In this document: in pieces, positions 8,906-18,890 of the stretch | Layout of the letters: each line of letters begins with the position of its first letter | Numbering within the stretch: position 1 is the first letter of the stretch | The notes under the pieces: generated by a model | Seen by the model: the letters and a program-made list of their open reading frames with translations, nothing else | Databases searched by the model: none | Told to the model about the DNA's origin: nothing | Source: an uncultured Gaiellaceae bacterium | GTDB taxonomy: Bacteria > Actinomycetota > Thermoleophilia > Gaiellales > Gaiellaceae | DNA length: 64,000 nt | Reading direction: 5' to 3' | Assembly (NCBI GenBank): GCA_963794385.1 | Contig: CAWCDT010000002.1 | Location: 160,596 to 224,595, forward strand | Made by a program: the position numbers and the translations under genes

Positions 8906-9675
8906 CGCGCGCCTCCGACAAGGCACTGCTCCGCCGCTACCACGAGGAGGGCGACCTCGCGGCACGCGAGCAGCTGATCGAGCAGTACCTGTCGCTCGTC
9001 CGCTCGCTGGCGCGCCGCTACGCCTACCGCGGCGAGCAGCTCGACGACCTCGTCCAGATCGGCTGCATCGGCCTGATCAAGGCGATCGACCGCTTCGACA
9101 TCGACCGCGGTGTCGAGCTCACCACCTACGCGACCCCGAACATCATCGGCGAGATCAAGCGGCACTTCCGCGACAAGGGCTGGGCCGTCCGCGTGCCGCG
9201 CGGGCTCCAGGAGCTGAACGTCCAGCTCTCGAAGATCGTCGAGGAGCAGACGGTGCAGCTCGGCCGCTCCCCCACGATCCCCGAGCTCGCGAAGGCGGCC
9301 GGCGTCGAAGAGGAGCTCGTGCTCGAGGCGCTCGAGTCGGGCCGTGCGTACACGTCGCTCTCGCTCTCGGCGGGCGGCACGGACGAGGACGGAGAGCTCG
9401 ATCCGCTCGAGTCGCTCGGCACCGAGGAGCACCAGTATTCGGTCTCGGAGGACCGCGCCGTGCTCGCGCCCGGCTTCCGCGCCCTCGACGAGCGCGAGCG
9501 CCGCATCCTCCATCTCCGCTTCTTCGACGGGCTGACGCAGAGCCAGATCGCACAGCAGGTCGGGATCTCCCAGATGCACGTCTCGCGCCTGATCCGCCGC
9601 GCCCTCGAGAAGATCCGCGAGGAGATCGCGAGCGACGAGCTCGAGGCTCCCGCGGCAAAGCGCGCCGCCGGCTAG
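8902..9675 (+). CDS. RNA polymerase sigma factor, SigB/SigF/SigG (group 3) family
   Basis: Region 2 (DLVQIGCIGLIKAIDRFD, YATPNIIGEIKRHFRD) and region 4 HTH (LTQSQIAQQVGISQMHVSRL). Confidence 0.9.
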   Translation: MTRASDKALLRRYHEEGDLAAREQLIEQYLSLVRSLARRYAYRGEQLDDLVQIGCIGLIKAIDRFDIDRGVELTTYATPNIIGEIKRHFRDKGWAVRVPRGLQELNVQLSKIVEEQTVQLGRSPTIPELAKAAGVEEELVLEALESGRAYTSLSLSAGGTDEDGELDPLESLGTEEHQYSVSEDRAVLAPGFRALDERERRILHLRFFDGLTQSQIAQQVGISQMHVSRLIRRALEKIREEIASDELEAPAAKRAAG

Positions 9676-9683
9676 ACCTGGCC

Positions 9684-9725
9684 GGCTGCGCCTCCCGGCC
9701 GGCGGAGCCGGCCTCCGGCGCAGCC
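9684..9725 (+). terminator. GC-rich two-tier hairpin downstream of the sigma factor gene
   Basis: GGCTGCGCC (9684-9692) pairs with GGCGCAGCC (9717-9725). The inner pair is GGCCGGC (9697-9703) with GCCGGCC (9707-9713). No U-tract follows. Confidence 0.45.
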
Positions 9726-9840
9726 TCGCGCCGCTCGCGCCGCTCCAGCCGGCGGCCCGTACCTCCGTACTGTTCCACCGGCCTACGCAGCGCGAGCGAC
9801 GCGCCAGATCAGCCGGGGTGTGGGTACCTACAATCCCGGG

Positions 9841-12373
9841 ATGCGTACGTCCGCCGAGCTGCGCGAGGGCTTCCTGTCCTTCTTCGAGGAGAAGGGCCAC
9901 ACGAGGCTGCCGTCGTGGCCGCTCGTGCCGCGCGCGGACGACCACTCGACTCTGCTCACGACGGCCGGGATGCAGCCGCAGATGCCGTACTTCCTCGGCC
10001 GCGAGGAGCCGCCGGCACTGCTGACGGCGACCTCGCAGAAGTGCTTCCGGACGCCCGACATCGACGAGGTCGGCCGCGACGGGCACCACCTCACCTTCTT
10101 CGAGATGCTCGGCAACTTCTCGTTCGGGCAGTACTTCAAGCAGGGCGCGATCGAGCTCGCACGCGAGTTCATGGTCGAGCGCCTGGGGCTCGACTGGGAC
10201 CGGATCTGGATCACCGTCCACGCGGGCGATCCCGTCTTCAAGCTCGGCCCGGACGAGGTCGCCATCGCGGCGTGGGAGGAGATCGGAATGCCCGCGGAGC
10301 GGATCATCCCGCTGCCGAGCTCCGAGAACTTCTGGTCGGTCGGCGGCCCGGGGCCGTGCGGCCCTGATTCCGAGATCTACTGGGACTGGGGGGTCGAGCA
10401 CGGCTGCGGCCACCCGGACTGCGCGCCCGCCTGCCCGCGCTGCGATCGCTTTCTCGAGTTCTGGAACCTCGTCTTCATGGAGTACGAGCAGCACCCGGAC
10501 GGGACGCTGACGCCGCTGCCGAAGCAGAACATCGACACCGGGCTGGGGCTCGAGCGGATCGCGGCGATCGTCCAGGACGTGCCCTCGCGCTCCGTCTACG
10601 AGACCGACGGCTACCAGGCGATCATGGCCTGGGTGGCGGAGGAGAGCGGCGTCTGCCTTCGGCGAGTCGGAGGTGGCCACGAAGGCGCACCGCGTGCTCG
10701 CCGACCACGGACGCGGCATGACCTTCCTCGTCGGCGACGGCGTCACGCCCTCGAACGAGGGCCGCGGCTACGTGCTCCGCCGGATCATCCGCCGGGCCGT
10801 GCAGCAGGCGCGCACGATCGGGCTCGACGACCTCTGGCGGCTGAGCGACGTCGTCGTCGAGCAGATGGGCTGACGCGTTCCCGGAGCTGCCGGAGAACCA
10901 GGAGCGGATCCGCGACGTCCTTCGCGCCGAGGAGGAGCGATTCACCGAGACGCTCGCGCGCGGGATGAAGCTGTTCGAGGATGTTGCCGCCGCACGCGCG
11001 ATCTCGGGCAAGGACGCCTTCGACCTCGATCACGACCTACGGCTTTCCGTTCGAGCTGATCCGGGAGCTCGCCGTCGAGCGCGGCGCTCGCGGTCGACGA
11101 GGACGACTTCCAGGAGCGGATGGAGGCGCATCGCGAGATCTCGCGCAGCGGCGCCGGCCGCGCCGTGACGCCGCTCGGCGGCCCGCCGTCCGAGTTCGTC
11201 GGCTACGAGCAGACCGAGGTGCTGACCGCGATCATCGCCCTCTCGGACGTCGGCGACGGCCGCTTCGAGGCGAAGCTGGAACGGACGCCGTTCTACGCGG
11301 CCGGCGGCGGGCAGGTCACCGACGCCGGCTGGATCGAGCACGACGAGACCGGCGCCAGGGCGGAGCTGCGTGAGGCCCACCGGCTCGGCGACGACCAGGT
11401 GCTCGTCTTCGAGGGTGACGGGTTCGCGGTTGGCGACCGCGTCAAGGCGGTCGTGCCCTGGGCGGTGCGGTTCCCGACGATGGCGAACCACACGGCGACG
11501 CACCTCCTGCACGAGTCGCTGCGCCGCGTGCTCGGCGAGCACGTCACGCAGGCGGGCTCAGCCGTGCGGCCCGACAAGCTCCGCTTCGACTTCACGCACG
11601 AGCGCGCGCTCACCGAGCAGGAGCGCACCGAGGTCGAGCGGCTGGTGAACGAGCAGGTCTTCGCCGCCCTGCCCGTGCGCGCGTTCGAGACGACGATCGA
11701 CGAAGCCCGCAAGCTCGGCGCGCAGATGCTCTTCGGGGAGAAGTACGGCGACATCGTGCGCGTGGTCGAGGTCGCGGGCTTCTCGCGCGAGCTCTGCGGC
11801 GGCACGCACGTCCGCTCGACGGCCGAGATCGGGCCGTTCGTGATCCTCTCCGAGGGATCTGTCGGCTCAGGCGCGCGCCGGATCGAGGCCGTCACGTCCG
11901 GTGAGTCGTACGCGCTTCTGCACGAGCGCGCGCGGGAGGGCGACGAGCTGCGGGCCGAGCTCGCGAAGGTGCGCAAGGAGGCAAAGCAGGGGGGCGGGCA
12001 GCCGGCCGAGGCCGCAGAGGCCGACTACACGGTCACCCGCGAGACTGCGGCCGGCGACGTCACCGTGCTCGTCGTCGACGTTCGCAGCGGCGACCCGCTC
12101 GACGTCTCCGACCGGCTCAAGCAGAAGCACGCGCCCGCTGCGGTGATCGTCGGGGCGCGGGACGACGGTGCGGCCCAGCTCCTGATCAACCTCGACAAGT
12201 CGCTGGAGGGCCGGGGCGTCGACGCAGGCGCCGTCATCCGCGAGGCGGCCGTCCTGATCGGCGGCAAGGGCGGCGGCCGCGCCACGATGGCCCGCGCCGG
12301 CGGCAAAGAGCCCGAGCGGCTCGAGGACGCGGTCGCGCTCGCCGAGAAGACGATCATCGAGGCGCTGATTTGA
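9841..12373 (+). pseudogene. alaS: alanine--tRNA ligase, reading frame broken four times (possibly sequence errors)
   Basis: The AlaS sequence is continuous only if the frame steps +1 near 10654, 10871, about 11035, and 11086. Fragments lie in ORFs 9820..10968, 10673..10873, 10965..11168, 10981..11373 and 11120..12373. N-terminus is MRTSAELREGFLSFFEEKGH. Also present are the HxxxH editing-domain motif NHTATHLLH and the C-terminal GGKGGGR. Confidence 0.9.
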
Positions 12374-12383
12374 GGAACACAGC

Positions 12384-12776
12384 CTGAAAGTTCTGGCTCT
12401 CGACTATGGTGCGGCGCGGACCGGCGTCGCCGTCTCCGACGCGACCGGAACGCTCGCTCGTCCGCTGACCGTCGTCGAGCGCGCGACGAGCGAGGCAGGC
12501 CTGCGCCGGCTCGTCGAGCTCGTCGCCGAAGAGGGCGCCGAGCGCGTTGTGGTCGGTCTGCCACTCACGCTCCGCGGCGAGCGGGGCGCCCAGGCGCAGG
12601 AGACCGCGGCCTTCGTCGAGGCGTTGCGCGCCGCGGTCGACGTGCCGGTGGAATCGTTCGACGAGCGCTTCACGACGACGCTCGCGGCCTCCGGCCCACC
12701 CTCGCGCGCGCCCGAGGACGCCCGGGCAGCGGCGCACCTGCTCGAGAGCTACCTGACGTGGACGACCAGGTCGTAA
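12384..12776 (+). CDS. ruvX: Holliday junction resolvase-like protein RuvX (YqgF)
   Basis: LKVLALDYGAARTGVAVSD is the family N-terminus. The frame opens at 12369, and the only candidate start before that motif is CTG at 12384. The ORF track shows only the internal GTG at 12549. Confidence 0.75.
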   Translation: MKVLALDYGAARTGVAVSDATGTLARPLTVVERATSEAGLRRLVELVAEEGAERVVVGLPLTLRGERGAQAQETAAFVEALRAAVDVPVESFDERFTTTLAASGPPSRAPEDARAAAHLLESYLTWTTRS

Positions 12777-13684
12777 GGCCGCCCCGGCCGGGCGGGCCGG
12801 AGCGGAAGTCGAAGGGGGCGCTGGCGCTGCGCCGCAGCGTCGCGGCTCTGCTCCTGCTCGGCTTCCTCGGGCTCGGGCTCTGGCTCGGCGTGGAGGCGCT
12901 CGGAAGCGACGAGGAGGCGGCACCGCCGCCGCCTACGACGACCGCTGTGGTGCCGAAGCCGGTCATCCTCCGCATCGTCTTCCCGGAGGGCTTCACGCGC
13001 AAGGACATGGTCGAGCGGGTCGGCGAAGTGCGGAGGATTGCGCGACAGAAGCGCAAGGTGACGCCCAAGCTGACCGCGGCCGCCTACGCGAAGGCCTCCC
13101 AGGCGGCAAGAGCGCCGGCCGCCTTCCGCAAGGAGACGAAGGGGATCGAGGGCTTCCTCTTCCCGGCCACGTATGAGTTCACGCCGAAGACGACCGCGAA
13201 GAAGCTCGTCGCCGACCAGCTGGCCCACTTCGACACCAACTGGAAGAAGGTCGACCAGCGCTACGCCCGGACGAAGAACCTGACGCCGTACGACGTGCTG
13301 ATCATCGCCTCGATGGTGGAGAAGGAGACGATCGCGCCGAAGGAGCGGCCGCTCGTCGCCGCCGTCATCTACAACCGGCTCAAGGCGGGGATGCCGCTCG
13401 GAATCGACGCCACGATCCGGTACGGGCTCGGCGTCCCCGGCACCGAGGCGCTGCGCCGCTCCCAGCTCGAGAGCGACAACCCCTACAACACGCGCAACCG
13501 CACCGGCCTGCCGCCGACGCCGATCGCCAATCCCGGCCTCGCCTCGATCAAGGCCGCTGCGAAGCCCGCGAACGTCGACTACCTCTACTTCGTGCGCAAG
13601 CCGGACAAGATCCATCACTTCTTCACCGCGAGCGAGTCGGAGTTCTTTTCCAAGGCCTGCGAGTACGGGTTCGGCTGCGGGTGA
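12758..13684 (+). CDS. mltG: endolytic murein transglycosylase MltG (YceG family)
   Basis: TM anchor followed by the YceG core (IIASMVEKET, AAVIYNRLKAGMPLGIDAT, YNTRNRTGLPPTPIANPG). Confidence 0.9.
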   Translation: MDDQVVRPPRPGGPERKSKGALALRRSVAALLLLGFLGLGLWLGVEALGSDEEAAPPPPTTTAVVPKPVILRIVFPEGFTRKDMVERVGEVRRIARQKRKVTPKLTAAAYAKASQAARAPAAFRKETKGIEGFLFPATYEFTPKTTAKKLVADQLAHFDTNWKKVDQRYARTKNLTPYDVLIIASMVEKETIAPKERPLVAAVIYNRLKAGMPLGIDATIRYGLGVPGTEALRRSQLESDNPYNTRNRTGLPPTPIANPGLASIKAAAKPANVDYLYFVRKPDKIHHFFTASESEFFSKACEYGFGCG

Positions 13685-14397
13685 TCGGCGGCACGACCGG
13701 CCTGGTCGGGCTGCTGCGGGATCCGAAGGTCGATTCGCTCTCGCCGCGGATGCACAACGCCGCGTTCGCGGCGCTCGCGCTCGACCTCGCCTACGTCCCA
13801 CTCGGGGTCTCGCCCGACCGCCTCGAGGACGCGGTCCGGGGGCTCGTGGCGCTCGGCTTCCTGGGGGCCAACGTGACGACTCCGCACAAGCGGGCGATCG
13901 TCGCGCTCTGTGACGAGGTGGGGGACGGCGTCGAGTCGGTGAACACGCTCGTGATCCGCGACGGCCGCGTGCTCGGCTCCAGCACCGATACGGAGGCGCT
14001 CGGAGACCGTCGACCGGCGACGGCGGCCGTCGTCGGCGACGGCGGGGCAGCGACCGCGTGGATCGCCGAGCTGACGTCGCGCAACGTCGATGTGCAGGTG
14101 TTCGCCCGGCGGGGCGAGTGGCCGCCGGGCGTCGACGACGTCGAGTTGATCGTCCACGCGACGCCCGTGCGGGACGAGCTCCTCTTCGACCCGAAACCGG
14201 GCCAAACCGTGATCGACCTCGCCTACCGGCCCGAAGGAGGCGAGACGGCGCACGTCGCCACGGCACGCTCCGCCGGCTGCGAGGTCGTGGACGGACTCGA
14301 CGTGCTGGTCGCGCAGGGTGCGGCGTCGTTCGAGGCCTGGACGGGCCTACCGGCGCCGGTCGATGTGATGCGCGCCGCAGTACGCTCTGCCGCGTGA
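13681..14397 (+). CDS. aroE: shikimate dehydrogenase (short form)
   Basis: SLSPRMHNAAF, GANVTTPHK, SVNTLV, and SSTD. 238 aa. Sits in the aro cluster. Confidence 0.85.
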   Translation: MIGGTTGLVGLLRDPKVDSLSPRMHNAAFAALALDLAYVPLGVSPDRLEDAVRGLVALGFLGANVTTPHKRAIVALCDEVGDGVESVNTLVIRDGRVLGSSTDTEALGDRRPATAAVVGDGGAATAWIAELTSRNVDVQVFARRGEWPPGVDDVELIVHATPVRDELLFDPKPGQTVIDLAYRPEGGETAHVATARSAGCEVVDGLDVLVAQGAASFEAWTGLPAPVDVMRAAVRSAA

Positions 14398-15473
14398 TCC
14401 TGAGCCTCACTACGGCGGGCGAGTCGCACGGGCCGGCGCTCGTCGCGATCCTGACCGGGCTCCCGGCCGGCCTCGTGCTCGACCGGGCCGCAATCGACGC
14501 GGACCTCCATCGCCGCCAGCAGGGCTACGGCCGCAGCCCGCGCCAGCAGCTCGAGCGGGACGAGGTGGAGGTGCTCGCCGGGCTCAGGCACGGCCGCACG
14601 ATCGGCACCCCGCTCGCGCTCGTCGTCCGCAACCGCGACCACGCGAATTGGACCTGGGGGATGAGCCCCTGGCCGCCCGAGGGCGAGCCGTCCGGCAAGG
14701 GCGTGAAGCCGGTCACCTTGCCGCGGCCCGGACACGCAGACCTGGCAGGAACGCTGAAGTTCGGTCACGAGGACGTGCGCGACGCGCTCGAGCGGGCCAG
14801 CGCACGCCAGACCGCCGTGTTCGTGGCGGCGGGCGCAGTGGCGAAGGCCTTCCTGCGCGAGCTCGGAATCGACGTCGCCGGCTCGGTGCTCGAGCTCGGA
14901 GGCGAGCGCGAGGCGTGGGAGGGTGCGATCGATGCCGCTCGCGCCGACCGCGACACGCTCGGTGGAGTCGTCGAGGTTCGCGCCGCGGGGGTTTTCCCCG
15001 GTCTCGGCTCCTACGCGACGCGTGAGGAGCGGCTCGACGCGCGGCTCGCGGCCGCTCTGATGGGTGTCCAGGCCGTCAAGGGCGTCGAGATCGGCGACGG
15101 CTTCGCGCTCGCGCGCGAACGCGGCTCGGCCGCACACGACGAGATCGAGCCAGGTCTGAGGCGCCGTTCGAACCGCGCCGGCGGGATCGAGGCCGGTGTC
15201 TCGAACGGCGAGGAGATAGTCGTCCGCGCCGCGATGAAGCCGCTGCCGACCCTGATGCGCCCGCTCGACTCCGTCGATCTCGCCACGGGCGAACCGGCGC
15301 AGGCGCTCGTCGAGCGCAGCGACGTCGCCGCGGTCGAGGCGCTCGCGGTGGTCGCAGAAGCCGCGGTCGCCTGGGAGCTCGCCCGCGCGGCGCGCGAGAA
15401 GCTCGGCGGCGACGCGCTCGCCGACGTGAAGGCCGCCCACGCCGCCTACCTGGAGCGGATACGAGCCCGCTAG
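14394..15473 (+). CDS. aroC: chorismate synthase
   Basis: The GTG at 14394 overlaps the aroE stop (GTGA). TAGESHGPALVAILTGLPAG, RRQQGYGRSPRQ, RPGHADL, and SNRAGGIEAGVSNGE. Confidence 0.93.
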   Translation: MILSLTTAGESHGPALVAILTGLPAGLVLDRAAIDADLHRRQQGYGRSPRQQLERDEVEVLAGLRHGRTIGTPLALVVRNRDHANWTWGMSPWPPEGEPSGKGVKPVTLPRPGHADLAGTLKFGHEDVRDALERASARQTAVFVAAGAVAKAFLRELGIDVAGSVLELGGEREAWEGAIDAARADRDTLGGVVEVRAAGVFPGLGSYATREERLDARLAAALMGVQAVKGVEIGDGFALARERGSAAHDEIEPGLRRRSNRAGGIEAGVSNGEEIVVRAAMKPLPTLMRPLDSVDLATGEPAQALVERSDVAAVEALAVVAEAAVAWELARAAREKLGGDALADVKAAHAAYLERIRAR

Positions 15474-15499
15474 ATCGTCCAGTCGCGCTGATCGGCTTC

Positions 15500-16888
15500 A
15501 TGGGGGCCGGGAAGTCGACGCTGGGCTGCGAGGCGGCGGAGCGGCTCGGCCGCCCGTTCGTCGACGTCGACGACCTGATCGCGCAGGACCTCGGCGAGAC
15601 GGCCGCGAAGATCTTCGCGCGCGACGGCGAGCACCGGTTCCGCGAGGTCGAGGAGGAGTGGGGAGTGACGCTCCTGAACGAGCACCACGACTACGGCGTG
15701 CTCGCGTACGGCGGCGGCGCGATCGAGTCGCCCGTGATTCGGGAGGCGTTGCGGGATCGGGCGATCGCTGTGTGGCTCGACGTCTCGGTCGACGAGGCGT
15801 GGGCGCGCTCGCGCGGCAGCGCGCGGCCGCTTGCCCAGGACGAGGCCGAGTTCCGGGCACGCTACGAGCGGCGCCGGCCGCTGTACGAGGCGGCTGCGGA
15901 CTTCGTTGCCCACGACCTCGACGACGTCGTGCTCGCAGCCGGGGGAATCCACGTCGGGCTCGGCGCGCTCGAGCGGCTCGGAGAGCTCGTGCCGGGCGAC
16001 GCGCCCGTCGAGCTCGTCGCGGACGCACGCGTCGCAGGTATCCATGGGATGGACGCGCAGCTGGCGCTCGGGGCGCGGGTCCACGCGCTCCACGAGGTCG
16101 CGCCAGGAGAACAGGCGAAGACGGTGGAGTCGATCGACGGGCTCTGGCACGCGCTCAGGCTCGAGCGCGGCGGCATGCTCGTCGCGCTCGGCGGGGGGAG
16201 CACGACCGACGTCGCCGGCTTCGCGGCAGCCACGTATCTCCGCGGGATCGACTGGGTCGCCGTCCCCTCGACGCTCGTCGGCCAGGTCGACGCGGCGATC
16301 GGCGGCAAGACCGCGATCGACCTTCCATACGCGAAGAACCTCGTCGGCGCCTTCCACTGGCCCGTGCGAACGGTGATCGATCCCGCGCTTCTAGAGACGC
16401 TGCCGGAGGCCGAGCTCGAAAACGGCCGGGCCGAGGTGGTCAAGACGGGCCTGCTCGCGGGCCAGCCGCTGTGGGAGCTGGAGCTCGCCGAGCAGGTGCG
16501 TCGCGCGGCGGCGTTCAAGTGCGCCGTCTGCCTGCGCGACCCGCTCGACCTGGGCGAGCGCGCGCAGCTCAATCTCGGTCACACCTTCGCGCACGCGCTC
16601 GAGGCCGCAGCCCGTTTCGCGCTGCCGCACGGCCGGGCCGTCGCGCTGGGGCTGCTCGCCGCGCTGCGCCTGTCCGGGCTCGACGCGACGGTCGTCGAGC
16701 AGGAGCTGCGGCCGGAGCCCGTCCGCGTCGACCGCGAGCAGGCGTGGGCGGCGCTCGTGCGCGACAAGAAGGTGGTCGGCGGCGTGCCCCGCCTCGTCCT
16801 CCTCGACGCGCCCGGGAAGCCGCGGCTCGGCGTCGAGCTACCCGAGTCGGATGTGCGCGCCGCGCTCGATTCGCTGATCGCGAGTTAG
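15500..16888 (+). CDS. aroB: fused shikimate kinase / 3-dehydroquinate synthase
   Basis: The N-terminal roughly 165 aa are AroK-like (GAGKST P-loop, DVDDLI). The remainder is AroB (GGGSTTDVAGFAAATYLRGI, GGKTAIDL, NLGHTFAHALE). The Walker-A glycine lies upstream of the ATG, so the true start is uncertain. Confidence 0.85.
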   Translation: MGAGKSTLGCEAAERLGRPFVDVDDLIAQDLGETAAKIFARDGEHRFREVEEEWGVTLLNEHHDYGVLAYGGGAIESPVIREALRDRAIAVWLDVSVDEAWARSRGSARPLAQDEAEFRARYERRRPLYEAAADFVAHDLDDVVLAAGGIHVGLGALERLGELVPGDAPVELVADARVAGIHGMDAQLALGARVHALHEVAPGEQAKTVESIDGLWHALRLERGGMLVALGGGSTTDVAGFAAATYLRGIDWVAVPSTLVGQVDAAIGGKTAIDLPYAKNLVGAFHWPVRTVIDPALLETLPEAELENGRAEVVKTGLLAGQPLWELELAEQVRRAAAFKCAVCLRDPLDLGERAQLNLGHTFAHALEAAARFALPHGRAVALGLLAALRLSGLDATVVEQELRPEPVRVDREQAWAALVRDKKVVGGVPRLVLLDAPGKPRLGVELPESDVRAALDSLIAS

Positions 16889-16898
16889 AGTCGCCTGC

Positions 16899-17324
16899 GT
16901 GCGTGTGGCAGTCCTCAACGGCGTCAACCTGGACGCGCTCGATCGCCGGGACCCCGAGCTGTACGGCGGGTTGGGCCTGGCCGAGCTCGAGAGCCGCATC
17001 TACCAGTGGTCGAAGGAGCTCGAGTGCACGACTCGCTGCCGGCAGACGAACCACGAGGGGCAGTTCGTCGACTGGTGCCACGACGCGCTCGACTGGGCCG
17101 ACGGCGTCGTCCTGAACCCCGGCGCCTGGTCGCACTACAGCTACGCAATCCGCGACGCGGTCGAGCTCTTCACCGTGCCCGTCGTCGAGGTGCACCTGTC
17201 CAACATCGCCGAACGAGAGGAGTGGAGGCGGCACTCCGTGATCGGCGAGCTGGCGGCAAAGCGCGTGATCGGCAAGGGGCCGGACGGCTACCGCGAGGCG
17301 CTCGAGTTCCTCGTCGCCCGGTGA
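16899..17324 (+). CDS. aroQ: type II 3-dehydroquinate dehydratase
   Basis: VLNGVNLDALDRRDPELYG, NHEGQFVDW, NPGAWSHYSYAIRDA, and VEVHLSNI. Confidence 0.93.
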   Translation: MRVAVLNGVNLDALDRRDPELYGGLGLAELESRIYQWSKELECTTRCRQTNHEGQFVDWCHDALDWADGVVLNPGAWSHYSYAIRDAVELFTVPVVEVHLSNIAEREEWRRHSVIGELAAKRVIGKGPDGYREALEFLVAR

Positions 17325-17767
17325 ACTCCAAGTTCAAGATCACGATGCTTCTCGCGGACGCCGCGCAGGAGGTCGGCGGGAAGCTCTACGTGCTCGGCGG
17401 CGGCTGGTCGATCATCAACGCCGGTCCGACGAACTTCGCGATCGCCGTCTACATGCAGACTCCGTGGGATCAGGCGAATCGCCGGCACACGTTCAGGATC
17501 GAGCTCCTCGACGCTGACGGCCAGCAGGTGCTCCTGCCGCAACCGGACGGCAGCGAGCGGCCAGTGCTCATCGAAGGTCACCACGAGGCCGGCCGCCCTG
17601 CGGGCCTGAAGCCCGGAACCCCGCTCGACGGCGCGTTCGCGATCCAGTTCGCCGGGATCATGCTGCCGGCGGGCGAGCGGCTCGAGTTCCGGCTCTCGAT
17701 CGACGGCGAGACCCACGAGGACTGGACGCTGCCGTTCACGACCCGGCCCGCAGCAGAGCCGCAGTAG
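17321..17767 (+). CDS. hypothetical protein (148 aa), translationally coupled to aroQ
   Basis: GTGA overlap with the aroQ stop, and high GC3. The sequence (KITMLLADAAQEVGGKLYVLGGGW...) matches no family I can name with certainty. Confidence 0.55.
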   Translation: MNSKFKITMLLADAAQEVGGKLYVLGGGWSIINAGPTNFAIAVYMQTPWDQANRRHTFRIELLDADGQQVLLPQPDGSERPVLIEGHHEAGRPAGLKPGTPLDGAFAIQFAGIMLPAGERLEFRLSIDGETHEDWTLPFTTRPAAEPQ

Positions 17768-17779
17768 GATCATCGGCCC

Positions 17780-18829
17780 GTGAGCGCCACCTCCCGAATC
17801 GAGCGGCTTGCCGCGCTCCTCGACGAGCCGCTGCTCGTCACGAGCACTGTGAACGTTCGCTACCTGACCGGGCTCTCGAGCTCGAACGCGGTCGTGCTCG
17901 TCGCTCCGGACGGCGAGGCCACCCTGTACACGGACTTCCGTTACGCGCATAAGGCCCGCGCGCTCGACGGGGTTCGCTTCGAGCAGACCGCGCGCGCGAT
18001 CCTCGGCGACCTCGCCACGCGCCTCGCCGGTCAGACCGTCGGCATCGAGGCGCACGTCCTCACAGTGGCCGGCAACGAAACGCTGGAGGGAGGGGGTGTC
18101 GAGACGGTCGCGCGGACGGGTCTCGTAGAACGTTTGCGGGCGGTCAAAGAGCCGGCCGAGCTGGCGACGATGCGCGAGGCCGCCGCGATCTCCGATCTCG
18201 TGTTCGCCGCGCTCGCCGACGAGCGTTTCACCGGCCGGACCGAGCGCGAGCTCGCCTGGCGCGTGCGCGAGCTCTTCCACGAGCAGGGCGCTTCCGAGCT
18301 CGCGTTCGACTCGATCGTCGCCGCCGCCGAGAACGGCGCCAGCCCGCACGCGGATCTCCGCGACGTCGAGATCCCACCGAACACACTTGTCACCATCGAC
18401 GCCGGCTGCCGCGTCGACGGCTACGTCTCCGACTGCACGCGCACGTTCGCGACGGGTGACCTCCCGGATGAGCTCGGGCGCGCCTACAAGGTCTGCCTCG
18501 ACGCGCAGCTCGCCGGCCTCGCGGCGTACGGGCCGGGCGTCAGTGGCCGCGACGCCGATGCGGCCGCCCGCGACGTGATCGCGGCGGCCGGGTGGGGCGA
18601 AGAGTTCGGGCACGGGCTCGGCCACGGAATCGGGCTCGAGGTGCACGAGCTGCCGGCGACGCGCCCCGAGTCGACGGACACGCTCGAGGCCGGGAACGTC
18701 GTCAGCTGCGAGCCGGGGATCTACCTCCCAGGCGTCGGCGGTGTCCGGATCGAAGACATGGTCCTCGTCACGGACGACGGCCGCGAGCCGTTGACTCAGG
18801 CGCCCAAGGAGCTCGTCACCGTCGGCTGA
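17780..18829 (+). CDS. Xaa-Pro aminopeptidase (M24B)
   Basis: Creatinase-like N-domain plus M24 metal ligands (DAGCRVDGYVSDCTRT, HGLGHGIGLEVHE, EPGIY, RIED). Sits in the conserved aroQ-pepP-efp position. Confidence 0.88.
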   Translation: MSATSRIERLAALLDEPLLVTSTVNVRYLTGLSSSNAVVLVAPDGEATLYTDFRYAHKARALDGVRFEQTARAILGDLATRLAGQTVGIEAHVLTVAGNETLEGGGVETVARTGLVERLRAVKEPAELATMREAAAISDLVFAALADERFTGRTERELAWRVRELFHEQGASELAFDSIVAAAENGASPHADLRDVEIPPNTLVTIDAGCRVDGYVSDCTRTFATGDLPDELGRAYKVCLDAQLAGLAAYGPGVSGRDADAAARDVIAAAGWGEEFGHGLGHGIGLEVHELPATRPESTDTLEAGNVVSCEPGIYLPGVGGVRIEDMVLVTDDGREPLTQAPKELVTVG

Positions 18830-18890
18830 CTCTCTCGAGAGCCTCGTCGCGAAGTCCGCCGCCCGCGGTCACCGGCAGCTTGCCGCAGGT

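Noticed and set aside
6466-10746. A very long reverse-strand ORF (1426 aa), together with similar long antisense or alternate-frame ORFs (for example 23780..25636, 28243..30321, 33001..34842, 55578..57728, 57511..59439).
   Set aside because: Their translations are Arg/Ala/Pro/Gly-rich and low in complexity. They lie entirely opposite or out of frame to well-recognised genes (mnmA, sigma factor, alaS, recN, pyrG and others). This is the usual stop-codon-poor artefact of very GC-rich DNA.
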